Origin: a virus
Taxonomy: Duplodnaviria > Heunggongvirae > Uroviricota > Caudoviricetes
IMG/VR virus record: IMGVR_UViG_3300032007_003791
DNA: 64,000 bases
Direction: 5' to 3' (one strand)
Part shown: positions 1 through 9,044 of the stretch, one piece after another
Position numbering within the stretch: position 1 is the stretch's first letter
How the letters are laid out: each line of letters begins with the position of its first letter
Notes under the pieces: model-generated
Database searches by the model: none
The model's input: only the letters and a program-made list of their open reading frames with translations
What the model was told of the DNA's origin: nothing
Position numbers and translations under genes: made by a program

Positions 1-359
1 TTCCCTTCTACCACTTTGCGACGGTATTCGTCAAAAGCGTCGGCACGCTGCTGGATTTCCTTGACAAGGGTACGGGCACGGCATTCGGAGTTTTCGCCGG
101 CGTAGCCTTGCGGAGTCTCGACGACGATGTTTCGGCCGCTTTCGTTGTAGTGAAGGTAGATACAGAGTTCGGCAAGGATTTCGCGGTCCTTCTGGTTGAG
201 GAGCATGAGCGTGACGAACGTCTTTGTCGATGGGCTGACCGGCCCGAAGCGGCGCATCTGGTCAGTGATGAAGGCCGAAGGGTCTTCGCAGGTTTTCTCG
301 ATATGCTGGAGGTAGGCGGCCTTAAGCTGTTCGAACTTTTCTTTTGAGTACTTAATCAT
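1..359 (-). CDS. Hypothetical protein, truncated by the window edge (MIKYSKEKFEQLKAAYLQHIEK...)
   Basis: Translated by hand from ATG at 359; open to position 1; co-oriented with the upstream leftward operon. Confidence 0.6.
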   Translation of the reverse strand, partial: MIKYSKEKFEQLKAAYLQHIEKTCEDPSAFITDQMRRFGPVSPSTKTFVTLMLLNQKDREILAELCIYLHYNESGRNIVVETPQGYAGENSECRARTLVKEIQQRADAFDEYRRKVVEG

Positions 360-372
360 GGTACGTGTTGTT

Positions 373-870
373 CTATTTGATGACGGAGCGGCCGCATTCC
401 ATCGGGTTCCGTCCCGTCTTGCCGAACATGTCCTCATGGTAGGAGAGGGCAAGCGAGAGGTTGTCGATGGCTTGGTCAAAGTTCTTTTTGATGTTCACCT
501 CGGTTGAGCAGGGCGCCGGCGAACGGTACGGCCAGTATCCGCTCGTGGTGATGCTTTTGAGGGTTTCAAGGCACTCGGACATCTTGGTCCCGATGTCTTT
601 CTTGTCTTCGCCGGAGAGTTGCTGTCTGATCATCCAGACATTGTAGTGCTCGCCGGCGGGGTTATCAGGATTGACGGAGCTGAAAGAGAGGTCTCCGACA
701 GATTCAGAAATGTTATAGTTCATTTCTTTTGCGAGTTGTCTTGCCTTCTCTACATTCTCCTTATGTGTGGCAAGGGCGTCGTTGAAGTCGGTAGATATTT
801 TGAGTACCTCGACCTGGTTTTCGAAGTTGCTCGCGGTGTCCCTGAGGACGATGAAAATTTCTTTTGCCAT
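373..870 (-). CDS. Hypothetical protein, 165 aa
   Basis: ORF tightly packed in the leftward operon; no recognisable motif. Confidence 0.6.
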   Translation of the reverse strand: MAKEIFIVLRDTASNFENQVEVLKISTDFNDALATHKENVEKARQLAKEMNYNISESVGDLSFSSVNPDNPAGEHYNVWMIRQQLSGEDKKDIGTKMSECLETLKSITTSGYWPYRSPAPCSTEVNIKKNFDQAIDNLSLALSYHEDMFGKTGRNPMECGRSVIK

Positions 871-884
871 GGTCTAATCTTGTT

Positions 885-1751
885 CTATGCGGGTTCAAGG
901 TCTTTTGCTTTGACGGTGATTACCGACTCTTCCTCATCGGTCTTGATGCGAATAGGGGTGTTCTCGTCAACCGGGCCGCCCTCTTCGTCGAATTCGTGAA
1001 TGCCGATGACTTGGACAAGGGGGCCGGGCTTTTTCATGCGTGTAATGTATTCCGGCACGTCGTTCCAGCGTACTTCGGCGCCACGTTTGATGAAGTCAAA
1101 GAAACCCTCGTCTTCCGGATAGTAAGGAGCCTCAACGGTATTGAGAATGGTCTTGAGAAGTATCGTTTCGTTTTCGACGAAGATTCCGCAGCGGCTGACA
1201 TCACGATAGTCGGGGACGTCTTTCTCCAGGTCCGTGTCCGTCTGGATGTCGTAATGAAGGCCTCCGTCGATAAAAGAGACGGCAATGATGCGGCCCGTGT
1301 AGGAACAGTACTTGTCGTCCAGTGTGGCGGAGACTCCGTCATCAGGTTCAAGGTAGATTTTCGGCCGTCCGGGATGACAGATTGCGTAGTCCTTCATAAA
1401 GTTTACAAGGTATGTATGTGCCTCCTTGTCAATCATCTCTTTGAGATTGCAAACGGCTCTGACGGCATCCGGCGTGAGTTGCATCGGAGACAGGCGCTTG
1501 ACTGATTGGAGGGCGCTAAGAGACCAACTGCTCACGCCGCGAAGAAGCCTCCGGGTTGACAGCCCGTTGTGGGCATGCACTTCATAAAAAACTGGAAAGA
1601 TGTCAAGGAAGTCGCGGATGAGCCCGCTCTCGTAACGACGGAACCCGCCGAAATAGGCGTCACATTCGTTATCTTCGCCGGAGTTATTGAATCGGATGTG
1701 GACCTTGTCTCCTGTTTGGAGTGCAAGGGAAAGGAAATCTAAAATAGTCAT
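885..1751 (-). CDS. Hypothetical protein, about 288 aa
   Basis: Start re-assigned to ATG 1751 (MTILDFLS), 5 bp after the dprA stop; the longer listed start overlaps dprA. Confidence 0.62.
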   Translation of the reverse strand: MTILDFLSLALQTGDKVHIRFNNSGEDNECDAYFGGFRRYESGLIRDFLDIFPVFYEVHAHNGLSTRRLLRGVSSWSLSALQSVKRLSPMQLTPDAVRAVCNLKEMIDKEAHTYLVNFMKDYAICHPGRPKIYLEPDDGVSATLDDKYCSYTGRIIAVSFIDGGLHYDIQTDTDLEKDVPDYRDVSRCGIFVENETILLKTILNTVEAPYYPEDEGFFDFIKRGAEVRWNDVPEYITRMKKPGPLVQVIGIHEFDEEGGPVDENTPIRIKTDEEESVITVKAKDLEPA

Positions 1752-1756
1752 GGTAA

Positions 1757-2476
1757 TCAAATATGAATGAACGATTCGATGAATTCGATGAACTTGGTTT
1801 CCGGAGGGCACATTGTTGCAATCCTTTCACGGATGAGTTCGTTGCAGCCTTGGGAGCGGATGTCATCAACGCGTCCGGGGACGGCGATGATTGGAATATT
1901 GTATTCAGAGGCGTAGCGTGCGGTCACTATAGCGCCGCCTTTCACCCTGCTTTCCACTACGATGACAAGGTCCGACAGGGCGGCCATGACGTAGTTCCTT
2001 ACAAGGAAGTTGATAGCCATGGGAGCGGTTTTCTCTGGGAACTGGGTGAGAAGGGCGCTGCCCGGGTCTTCCTGTATCTTTTCTGCCAGCTTCCTGTTTT
2101 GTAGAGGATAGACGGAGTCAATCCCGATAGGAAGCACTGCGACTGTCTGCAGGCCGTTGCTGAGTGCCGAACGGTGTGCTATCGTATCTACGCCCATCGC
2201 GAGCCCGGAGATGATGACAGGGTTAAGCGATGACTGCGCAAGCAGGGAAACGATTTTCATCGTGTACTCCCTTCCGTACGGTGAGGGGTCCCTTGTACCG
2301 ATGACGGCGATGCGTGGACGCCATGGCTGCGTGAGCAGCGCACAGTCGTTGCTGCTGATGTGGATTTCGTTGATAGACTCACCGCTGTTGTCCAGTCTTT
2401 TGATGTTGGCGGTGTTGCGGGAACGGAAGAGTGTGTTCCAGTCTTGGGTTTGAGAGTTTTTGTGAATTGTTTCCAT
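1757..2476 (-). CDS. dprA: DprA/Smf family ssDNA-binding protein (SLOG Rossmann core only)
   Basis: Motifs IAVIGTR, IISGLAMGVDTIAH, VYPLQNRKLA, FLVRNYVMAALS, VVESRVKGGAIVTA, AVPGRVDDIRSQGCNELI. Confidence 0.92.
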   Translation of the reverse strand: METIHKNSQTQDWNTLFRSRNTANIKRLDNSGESINEIHISSNDCALLTQPWRPRIAVIGTRDPSPYGREYTMKIVSLLAQSSLNPVIISGLAMGVDTIAHRSALSNGLQTVAVLPIGIDSVYPLQNRKLAEKIQEDPGSALLTQFPEKTAPMAINFLVRNYVMAALSDLVIVVESRVKGGAIVTARYASEYNIPIIAVPGRVDDIRSQGCNELIRERIATMCPPETKFIEFIESFIHI

Positions 2477-2488
2477 AAGTTTGTGTCG

Positions 2489-2689
2489 TTATTCGTTACC
2501 GTTCAGGTCGAAGTTGATGTCTTCCGGAATGTCATCCCCGTTTGCGGGGATGTAGGTTTCACCGACGGGGGTGAATCCACCGTGTTTTATCGCGCTGACC
2601 AGGGCTTTTTTGTCTCCTTTGAGAAGACTTTCTTTCTGCTGTTCAGTGACAGTGATAAAGCCGCCGATGCGAAGCCAGATTTTTGCCAT
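2489..2689 (-). CDS. Small hypothetical protein
   Basis: 66-aa ORF in the operon with short spacing. Confidence 0.55.
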   Translation of the reverse strand: MAKIWLRIGGFITVTEQQKESLLKGDKKALVSAIKHGGFTPVGETYIPANGDDIPEDINFDLNGNE

Positions 2690-2707
2690 AATTGTCTGTT
2701 TTGAAGG

Positions 2708-3100
2708 TTAGTGGAGTCTTGCCCTGAGGAGGTCGTAGAGGTTCCGCAAGGTCATGTTGAGTGTGCGGATTTCCTTGGTAAGGTCGTTTTCCGGCATATT
2801 CAGGAGCATTTTCTTGATTTTCTGTCCTTCTTCGGCGGAAACAAGGATATCGTCATGATAATCGTCGCTGAACTTGAGACGGGTAAGAGAGTTCGTACTA
2901 TCTCCGGCAGGACTGGGAGAGAGTCGTTTGATGTCTTCGAGCTTGATGACTATCGGCTCGCCTTTCTTGTAGTAATCGTTGTTGACTTTGGTGTTGCCGG
3001 AGGGAACGTCATTCAGGCAAGTCACGGCGTCGAACCAGTATGGGGTGATTTCGATGTGCATAGTGTTTTTAATTTTGATATTCGTCAATTTGGACTTCAT
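2708..3100 (-). CDS. Hypothetical protein with a C-terminal coiled-coil-like tail
   Basis: ORF in the operon; true start may be the internal MHIEITP because of overlap with the upstream gene. Confidence 0.55.
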   Translation of the reverse strand: MKSKLTNIKIKNTMHIEITPYWFDAVTCLNDVPSGNTKVNNDYYKKGEPIVIKLEDIKRLSPSPAGDSTNSLTRLKFSDDYHDDILVSAEEGQKIKKMLLNMPENDLTKEIRTLNMTLRNLYDLLRARLH

Positions 3101-3608
3101 CGTAACCTTTGTTACGCCATACCTCAGCGAGTTCTTCCGCTTTCTCTTTGGTTAGCAAGTGGTCGTTGACTTCGCTACCGCCGACCCAGACGGAAAAGCG
3201 TGCCTTTTTCGGAAAACCCAGGTGTTCTGCGATGATGTCCATAGAAGTCCAGAAAAGCTGTTCACAGTAGTCGTCTGCCATCTTGGATGCGAGTTTCAGT
3301 ATTTGTTCGTCGGTGATTTCCGACGTATCGTACCCCTTCGCTTCAAGGTCAGCCCTGCTGACGGAGGTAATCGGGAACGATTCTTTCGGGGAGCGGTTCT
3401 CTCCGAATCGCTGACTGATGACCGCCTCACTGAGTGCCAGGGCAAGGGCTCTTCTCTGTTCAGGCGTTACATTGTCTTGCATTTTGTAAGCATAGTCAAC
3501 TCCACCGGAAATCAGGTTACGGATCTCCTCCTCGGTGTTGCAGTCGTGTTCACGTGTCATTTCGATGGCACTTTCGATTACTTTGTTGATGATAGCTTCT
3601 TTGTTCAT
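3069..3608 (-). CDS. Hypothetical protein of Bacteroidales mobile elements
   Basis: Segment PITSVSRADL...LASKMADDYCEQLFW resembles small uncharacterised Bacteroidales phage/CTn proteins (recollection, not searched). Confidence 0.6.
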   Translation of the reverse strand: MNKEAIINKVIESAIEMTREHDCNTEEEIRNLISGGVDYAYKMQDNVTPEQRRALALALSEAVISQRFGENRSPKESFPITSVSRADLEAKGYDTSEITDEQILKLASKMADDYCEQLFWTSMDIIAEHLGFPKKARFSVWVGGSEVNDHLLTKEKAEELAEVWRNKGYDEVQIDEYQN

Positions 3609-3629
3609 GATGCTTTTGTTGATTTGTTG

Positions 3630-4094
3630 TTAAATTTCAAAGTATTCATACCCCCAGGCCTTGTTGACCTGTTCTTTGGTCAGGTGGTAGCGTTCAAGAT
3701 CGCATCCGCCAATTTCAATCTCATTGAAATAGGTTTCCGGAGTCTGCCAGTCTACGGCTTTCAAGACATCAAGGGCGAGTTCCTCGAATCCGGGGCCGCC
3801 GGCGAGGTTAATGAGTTTTTCCCTGGTCCAGCCGACGCTTTCGAGGATATGGTTTGCGTCTTCGAGGTATTCAGGAATCTGCAGGTAGTCTTCTCCGTAA
3901 ATTTGACGTAAATACTGGAGTTCTTCTTCTAAATCTTCAAACTCGTGTTCGCTGATGTAGCAGATGCCTTTTCCGGTTTTGAACGCTTCATAGTCTTTAA
4001 AGACGAAACCTTCGCCTGTATTTTCTGTTTCGTATCCGATGATTTTTCCGTCTTGCATTAGGACGGCACCGTAGTCTTTTTTGATTCTTTCCAT
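3630..4094 (-). CDS. Acidic hypothetical protein
   Basis: 154-aa ORF in the operon. Confidence 0.58.
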   Translation of the reverse strand: MERIKKDYGAVLMQDGKIIGYETENTGEGFVFKDYEAFKTGKGICYISEHEFEDLEEELQYLRQIYGEDYLQIPEYLEDANHILESVGWTREKLINLAGGPGFEELALDVLKAVDWQTPETYFNEIEIGGCDLERYHLTKEQVNKAWGYEYFEI

Positions 4095-4124
4095 GATGAT
4101 GAGGTGAAGAAGGAGGGTGGTCCG

Positions 4125-4340
4125 TCAAAGGATGGTGTATTCGTCTGCGGAGGTGACGCCGAGTCCGCCCCAGGTACCCCAGAGGGTTCCAATGGAGTCG
4201 ATGCGTTCGACAGTTCCTGATTTGCCAATCATCTCCAGTGCCTGATGGTCGATACCGTCAGGGAACATGGCGGATTTGTATTGCACCTGAGTGATGACGA
4301 TCTTGTCGCCGATTTTGGCTTTGGGTTGTTTCTGTGGCAT
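4125..4340 (-). CDS. DUF4314-like small protein
   Basis: GDKIVITQV...GTVERIDSIGTLWGTWG pattern resembles DUF4314. Confidence 0.5.
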   Translation of the reverse strand: MPQKQPKAKIGDKIVITQVQYKSAMFPDGIDHQALEMIGKSGTVERIDSIGTLWGTWGGLGVTSADEYTIL

Positions 4341-4344
4341 GGTT

Positions 4345-4482
4345 CTAAGCGTAATAGTTGTATTTTTCTCTCTTGTACGCCTGCATTTTTGTGTGGCGCG
4401 GGGTGGAACGTTTGGCGTCGGTTTCGTTTTCGAAGGAGCTTTTTTTGCCGGTGTCCTGTTTGCGATAATTGAGGTGGCTCAT
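4345..4482 (-). CDS. Possible 45-aa basic peptide (MSHLNYRKQDTGKK...YNYYA)
   Basis: Translated by hand; fills the operon gap and ends 4 bp before the next start; below the ORF-track cut-off. Confidence 0.35.
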   Translation of the reverse strand: MSHLNYRKQDTGKKSSFENETDAKRSTPRHTKMQAYKREKYNYYA

Positions 4483-4601
4483 GGTATTTTGTTTTTAGTG
4501 TTTTTCGGAAGAAAGGGAACAGCCTCACCATCATCGGCCGTTCCCGGATACACGCGCACGAAGGTGCAGAAAGGAAGAAGAAGTGATGGGTTGTAAGTGT
4601 G

Positions 4602-5030
4602 TTAGTCGAACATTTTCGTGTTCGCCCATTCTTCGGAAATCACGATATTGTCCGGTATCGGGCCGGCATCGATGAACATGCGTATCATCTCGATGCCGGT
4701 GTATCCGTTGAGCGAACGGGTATAGGTGTTCCGGTAGGCGATCAGGAAGTCCTTGTTCGGGTGTTGCCGGGCGCATTCGTACAGTCTCCTGATGTTTTCG
4801 GTGATGGTCTCCGGTGGAATAGAACGGAAGCCGTTGTTCTCCTTGACGCGGAGGTCCTTGGTGGGGAGCGCATAAGCGTTTCCTTGGAGGCCTTCGCCTT
4901 GTCCGTAGATGGCCCCGAATTGGAGTCTTGCGACTTTGGCGGCTCCGGCGCCGTGACGGCCTTCCGGGTTCGAGCCGAAGACGAAGATGACGTTTTTGGA
5001 GGGGGTGATATTACCTGAGTAGGTTTTCAT
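4602..5030 (-). CDS. A1S_2505-family phage non-structural protein (macrodomain-like)
   Basis: Signature IFVFGSNPEGRHGAGAA...GAIYGQGEGLQGNAYALPTK; start set at MKTYSG (5030). Confidence 0.8.
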   Translation of the reverse strand: MKTYSGNITPSKNVIFVFGSNPEGRHGAGAAKVARLQFGAIYGQGEGLQGNAYALPTKDLRVKENNGFRSIPPETITENIRRLYECARQHPNKDFLIAYRNTYTRSLNGYTGIEMIRMFIDAGPIPDNIVISEEWANTKMFD

Positions 5031-5040
5031 ATGTCGGGTG

Positions 5041-5838
5041 TTATTTGGCGTAGCAGTATGCGCAGTTATGTTTACAGGTGTGGTATGCACCGATGTCGGT
5101 GTTTATGGCGCAGAGGCAGCGCCGGAAGGAGTTCGGTTTCTTTACCTGGTCGGGGAGGGTAATGCCGAAGGTCTTTTCAATGAACTCGGCGTCCACGCAG
5201 GGTGCTTCCTTGATGCCGTAGGCGGTAAGGTCGTACTGGCCTTCGCTGCAGGTCTGGATGGTGATGCCGTGGAGCGCAGCTTCCTTGGCCATATCTTCTG
5301 CCAGGTCGTGGATTTCGTCGAGGGTGGGAGCCCTCATCACACCGGCTTTCACGAGTGGGGCAATCTTGCCGTATTCATCCAGGAAGGAGATGGTGCAGCG
5401 TTCAGTGTACCCATGGAGTTGGGCACACAGATTTGCAAACATCTTCTTGTGCCAGTTTACAGTATACTTGTCGGAGATGAAGATAGGGTCGTATCTCCAC
5501 ATGGTCCGCTCGGGGCCAATAAGACTGGCTACATAACGGAAGTTCTGCAGGACAATATGTTTTGCAGGCACGTTCGGTTCCACGTCGTTTTCGTATCCCG
5601 TGATGGTCCACTGGATGTACCAGGGACTTTGGATAGTGCGCATGTTTTTCAGGAAGTGGTCGGAGGTGTTTTTCGTCCAGAAGACTATGCAATATACGTC
5701 CTCGGGCAGCAGGCTGATACGTGAGGTACCGAACTTCGTTCTGGTTTCTACGTAACCTTTTTTAAGGTTGTAGAAGAATTCCTCGCTTCTGAAGGCGGGG
5801 ATGTCGTTCTTGTAGGATGCAGAGATTATACGTTGCAT
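5041..5838 (-). CDS. DUF1848 family protein (radical-SAM-related, C-terminal Cys cluster)
   Basis: IISASYKNDIPAF, IVFWTKN, WRYDPI and C-terminal DIGAYHTCKHNCAYCYA (CxxxCxxC). Confidence 0.85.
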   Translation of the reverse strand: MQRIISASYKNDIPAFRSEEFFYNLKKGYVETRTKFGTSRISLLPEDVYCIVFWTKNTSDHFLKNMRTIQSPWYIQWTITGYENDVEPNVPAKHIVLQNFRYVASLIGPERTMWRYDPIFISDKYTVNWHKKMFANLCAQLHGYTERCTISFLDEYGKIAPLVKAGVMRAPTLDEIHDLAEDMAKEAALHGITIQTCSEGQYDLTAYGIKEAPCVDAEFIEKTFGITLPDQVKKPNSFRRCLCAINTDIGAYHTCKHNCAYCYAK

Positions 5839-5852
5839 TGCTTTGTGTGTTT

Positions 5853-6287
5853 TTAAAACAGTTGTAGTTGCGTTTGTCCCAGTTCTTTGATTTCTGGAAC
5901 TGGATTGATTTCTGTCTCGAGTGTAGCTTGAATTGTTTTCATGTTGTCTTCAAGCCACTTTGCAAGGATATGCCTGTGGCAGAAGCTGCCAGGCTTTTCA
6001 TAGCATAGAAGAACGATGTCTTTTTCCTTTGCTTGTTTAATGAGTGTGTCGATAGACAGGATGATATTGAATTGCGTTGCATCCAGCTGTTTTCTATATC
6101 GTGAGATATATGTCATCTCATCGATGGTTCCGTCTTTGTAAGGCTTGACGGTCGTGTTCCAGTCTGGAATCACTTCTTTAAAGGTTGCGTCAACAAGGAA
6201 TCCGTTTGGTGCGGAGTTGGAAATCTTCACCAGAAAATGTTTGTTTCTGTCAAGATTTTTTGATGCGTAATAGGATGTAAAAATCAT
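5853..6287 (-). CDS. DUF488-like protein
   Basis: N-terminal IFTSYY and C-terminal VLLCYEKPGSFCHRHILAKWL motif. Confidence 0.72.
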   Translation of the reverse strand: MIFTSYYASKNLDRNKHFLVKISNSAPNGFLVDATFKEVIPDWNTTVKPYKDGTIDEMTYISRYRKQLDATQFNIILSIDTLIKQAKEKDIVLLCYEKPGSFCHRHILAKWLEDNMKTIQATLETEINPVPEIKELGQTQLQLF

Positions 6288-6310
6288 CTCTGTTTCTTCG
6301 TTTTGTTGTG

Positions 6311-6500
6311 GTGTGTTGTAACTTTGCCGTGGATTTCACACCAAGCGGGATACCATCCCGTAATTGGTGGAAATCCAGGCAAATCATTCAACACACGAAC
6401 CGCAGCCGCGTAGTGAGCACCGGAGGGAAAATACTACCCGTTAGGGTGGAGATTTTCCCGGAGGGCGCAGCACGCGGCAAGGCGGGGAATACTTCCCCCG
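6311..6500. other. Two long imperfect hairpins plus a short one upstream of the leftward operon
   Basis: GTGTGTTG/CAACACAC, TTTGCC/GGCAAA, TGGATTTC/GAAATCCA, CGGGAT/ATCCCG (6311-6396); GCCGCGT/ACGCGGC and GGGAAAAT/ATTTTCCC (about 6400-6485). A TAACTTTG box lies in the first left arm (6319-6326). Confidence 0.7.
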
Positions 6501-6600
6501 TTAAAGGGTGTGTAAGTGTCATGATAATAAATGGGAATATTGCGGTGTTTTAACCTGCAGATAAATGTGTAAAGTATTTCATATTTTCAAGTATTTTTGC

Positions 6601-6608
6601 TATATTTG
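6601..6608 (+). promoter_or_regulatory. Bacteroidota -7 promoter box upstream of tnpB
   Basis: TATATTTG matches TAnnTTTG, 24 bp before the ATG. Confidence 0.65.
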
Positions 6609-6632
6609 TAATAGGCCAAAGGACTTGAGAAT

Positions 6633-7772
6633 ATGATGACATACACATACAAGCTCTATCGAAGCAAGCGGACGGCGAAGCTGGACGCGATGCTGCGCGA
6701 GGCTTGTTTCGTATGGAACCATGCCCTTGCTTTGCAGAAGCGGTACTATACTCTTTTCGGGAAGTACATCTCTTGTCCGAAGATGAAGGCGCATTTTGCC
6801 AAGCGAATATCTCGGAGACTGCTTCATAGTCAGACGGCACAGGAGGTGTTGGAGCGGCTTGATGCCGCGTACAGGCGCTTCTTTGACCATTTGAGTCGCC
6901 GTCCGCCGAAGTTCCGCAAGGCGCGGGATTTCTCCAGCATTGTTTATAAGCAGGGCGGGTTTAAGCTCAACGGCAATGTGCTTGTCGTCAATTCTATCAA
7001 ACAGCATTTTCAGTTTTCGTTTTCCCGTCCGTACGAGGGAAAGGTACATCAGATTCGCATCAGGCGCAGCCGTCTGGGCGAGTACTATCTTAACGTCGTC
7101 ACTGACGCTGTTGCCAGGTCCTGTTCCCACGGAAAGTCACTCGAAGGTGCATCCGTGGGCATGGACTTCGGCCTGAAGACGTATCTCACGCTCTCCGACG
7201 GAACAAAGATTGAGAACCCGTTGTTCCTGAAGTCTGGTCTGAATGAGCTCCGTCGCAAGTCTAGGGCGCTGTCCCGATGCGAGAAAGGTTCCAATCACCG
7301 CAAGGCGTGCAGGATGGACCTGGAGCGTTGCCATGAGCGCATCCGTAACCGTCGTGACGACTGGCAATGGAAGACTTGTCATGAGCTGTGCCGTTGGTAC
7401 TCGACTATTTGCATTGAGGACCTGAACCTTCGCGGTATGACGCGGATCTGGGGACGGAAGGTCAACGACCTTGCGTTTGGTCTGTTCATCCGGAAGCTCA
7501 AGCATGTGGCTTCAAAGTACGGGACGAAAGTGGTCAAGGTTGACCGTTTCTACCCGAGTTCGAAGACATGCAGTGTATGTCAGTATGTCAATGAGCATTT
7601 GTCGCTTCGTGACAGACGTTGGACCTGTCCTTCGTGCGGAACAAATCTCGACAGGGACTTGAACGCAAGTGTAAATATATTGAGGCAGGGCATTGCCTCA
7701 TCCGGGAGCATCCGTAAGACGCAGCTTGCTGCGCAGGGTGCGTTAGTCACCGGAGAATCCCCTGTGCTTTAG
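6633..7772 (+). CDS. tnpB: RNA-guided endonuclease TnpB, 379 aa
   Basis: RuvC-I GMDFGLK, RuvC-II ICIEDL, zinc finger CSVC...CPSC, RuvC-III DRDLNASVNI. Confidence 0.95.
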   Translation: MMTYTYKLYRSKRTAKLDAMLREACFVWNHALALQKRYYTLFGKYISCPKMKAHFAKRISRRLLHSQTAQEVLERLDAAYRRFFDHLSRRPPKFRKARDFSSIVYKQGGFKLNGNVLVVNSIKQHFQFSFSRPYEGKVHQIRIRRSRLGEYYLNVVTDAVARSCSHGKSLEGASVGMDFGLKTYLTLSDGTKIENPLFLKSGLNELRRKSRALSRCEKGSNHRKACRMDLERCHERIRNRRDDWQWKTCHELCRWYSTICIEDLNLRGMTRIWGRKVNDLAFGLFIRKLKHVASKYGTKVVKVDRFYPSSKTCSVCQYVNEHLSLRDRRWTCPSCGTNLDRDLNASVNILRQGIASSGSIRKTQLAAQGALVTGESPVL

Positions 7773-7789
7773 CCAGGGGAGTATGTCAA

Positions 7790-7889
7790 GAGGCCGTATT
7801 GTTCCATCAGTTCGGTTTTTTGGTGTAGAATGGATTCTTACCAGCCTTTGTTCGTCATTGACGATTGTCTTAATTTCATCGGTTTTCAT
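7790..7889 (-). pseudogene. 5' fragment of a small gene apparently interrupted by IS element 1
   Basis: MKTDEIKTIVNDEQRLVRIHSTPKNRTDGTIRP runs into the IS right end at 7789; the distal half was not found. Confidence 0.35.
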
Positions 7890-8134
7890 TTTGAAGAATC
7901 CTTGCTTGCTTGGTAATAGGCTTGTCAGTAGTCCTTTTTCTGTTCTGTGTCCTTTGTTGTGATACTGGGTGGGTGAGGGGTCCGCCGGCTGCCCGCGAAG
8001 AGGTCTGCATGTCCCGTTCCCCGTGTCGGAAGAAAAAAAAGGAAGGGCGCACATCTCTGCGGGCCCTTCCAAACCATTCAAATAATTTAGAAAAAACCTT
8101 TTTTTGCTGGCTCCCCGAGGGGGAGGTCCCCGCC

Positions 8135-8512
8135 TTATTCGGCGGGAACTTGCTCGGGAGCTTCGCTCTCCTCTTCCGTCGGCTCTTCGGCCTTAGGGGC
8201 GGGGAACTCGATTTCCAGGACGTGGAGGTCCACCTGGCTGAACTTCTTGCCGTCGGGGGCGGTCCAGTTGTTCGGTTTGTCGAAGCCGGAGACGCGGACG
8301 AGGGCGCCCTTGGTCAGCTTGTCGAGCGGAAGCTCGCGTTCGTTCTTGCGGCCCAGGTTGGCGCTCATCACGCAGTTGACGAACAGGGGGGTCTTGCCGA
8401 TGTGGCGGATGATGGTGAACCGGACGATGGCGGTCTTACCGTCCTTGTTGAAGGTCTTGGGGTCAGCGATGAGGCGGCCGGTCTTGATGTTGCGATTGTT
8501 GGTCTGTTCCAT
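8135..8512 (-). CDS. ssb: Single-stranded DNA-binding protein (divergent OB-fold)
   Basis: GRLIADPK, VRFTI, LTKGALVRVSG...NWTAPDGKKFSQVDLHV, acidic tail. Confidence 0.75.
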   Translation of the reverse strand: MEQTNNRNIKTGRLIADPKTFNKDGKTAIVRFTIIRHIGKTPLFVNCVMSANLGRKNERELPLDKLTKGALVRVSGFDKPNNWTAPDGKKFSQVDLHVLEIEFPAPKAEEPTEEESEAPEQVPAE

Positions 8513-8565
8513 GATTTTTTTATTTTAGGGTTTAACTTAATTTCCGGGTGCAATAAAGAGGACGA

Positions 8566-8715
8566 ACACCAGACCGTCAAGGATTCACGACGGAAAATTA
8601 CCGCAGCTGCAGGGAACCGAAGCGAGGATGAATTTTACCGTGAACCCAAGGTCGTGAGGCAAAAGGACCGCCTTGGCGGGGCGTTGCCGAGCAGTCCTTG
8701 ACGGGCGTTGGTGGA
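8566..8715. other. Multibranched palindromic element upstream of ssb
   Basis: Closing stem CCGTCAAGGA/TCCTTGACGG extended by CACCA/TGGTG; inner stems CGGAAAATT/AATTTTACCG and CCAAGG/CCTTGG. Confidence 0.65.
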
Positions 8716-9044
8716 GGGAACTAAATTCGCAACCGAAATTCAAGTGTGTTAACCCGCCCAAAAGAAAAAAAGGACAGACCTTATCGCGGAAACACTCATC
8801 CGGTCGCCTGCTGACCTCAGGCATGCCAAACGAGGGAAAACAGAAAGACCGCAGTCCGTGGATACCTTGGTATATCCGCCAGGCAAGATGAATCATACTG
8901 TTCTTGCGTGGTTGAGCACAGCCTGTCGCATAAGAACCCGCCGATTTTATCGGATAAGCCCAAGGGTGTCTGGTTGCGGTTTATCTACGGCTGACGCCGG
9001 GCAACGGGCGTTGCAGGCGGGAGAGACGGGTTCAAGGTGGGCCT

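Larger units (their letters stand above)
6600..7789 (+). mobile_element. IS200/IS605-family solo-tnpB element 1 (left end not resolved)
   Basis: Right end GAAT-CCCCTGTGCTTTAGCCAGGGGA-GTATG-TCAA ends at 7789; GAAT guide/TCAA cleavage pair as in IS608. No tnpA. Confidence 0.85.

Noticed and set aside
6520-6632. Left end and TAM of IS element 1
   Set aside because: No hairpin with a consistent guide/cleavage tetranucleotide pair could be identified; boundary left approximate.
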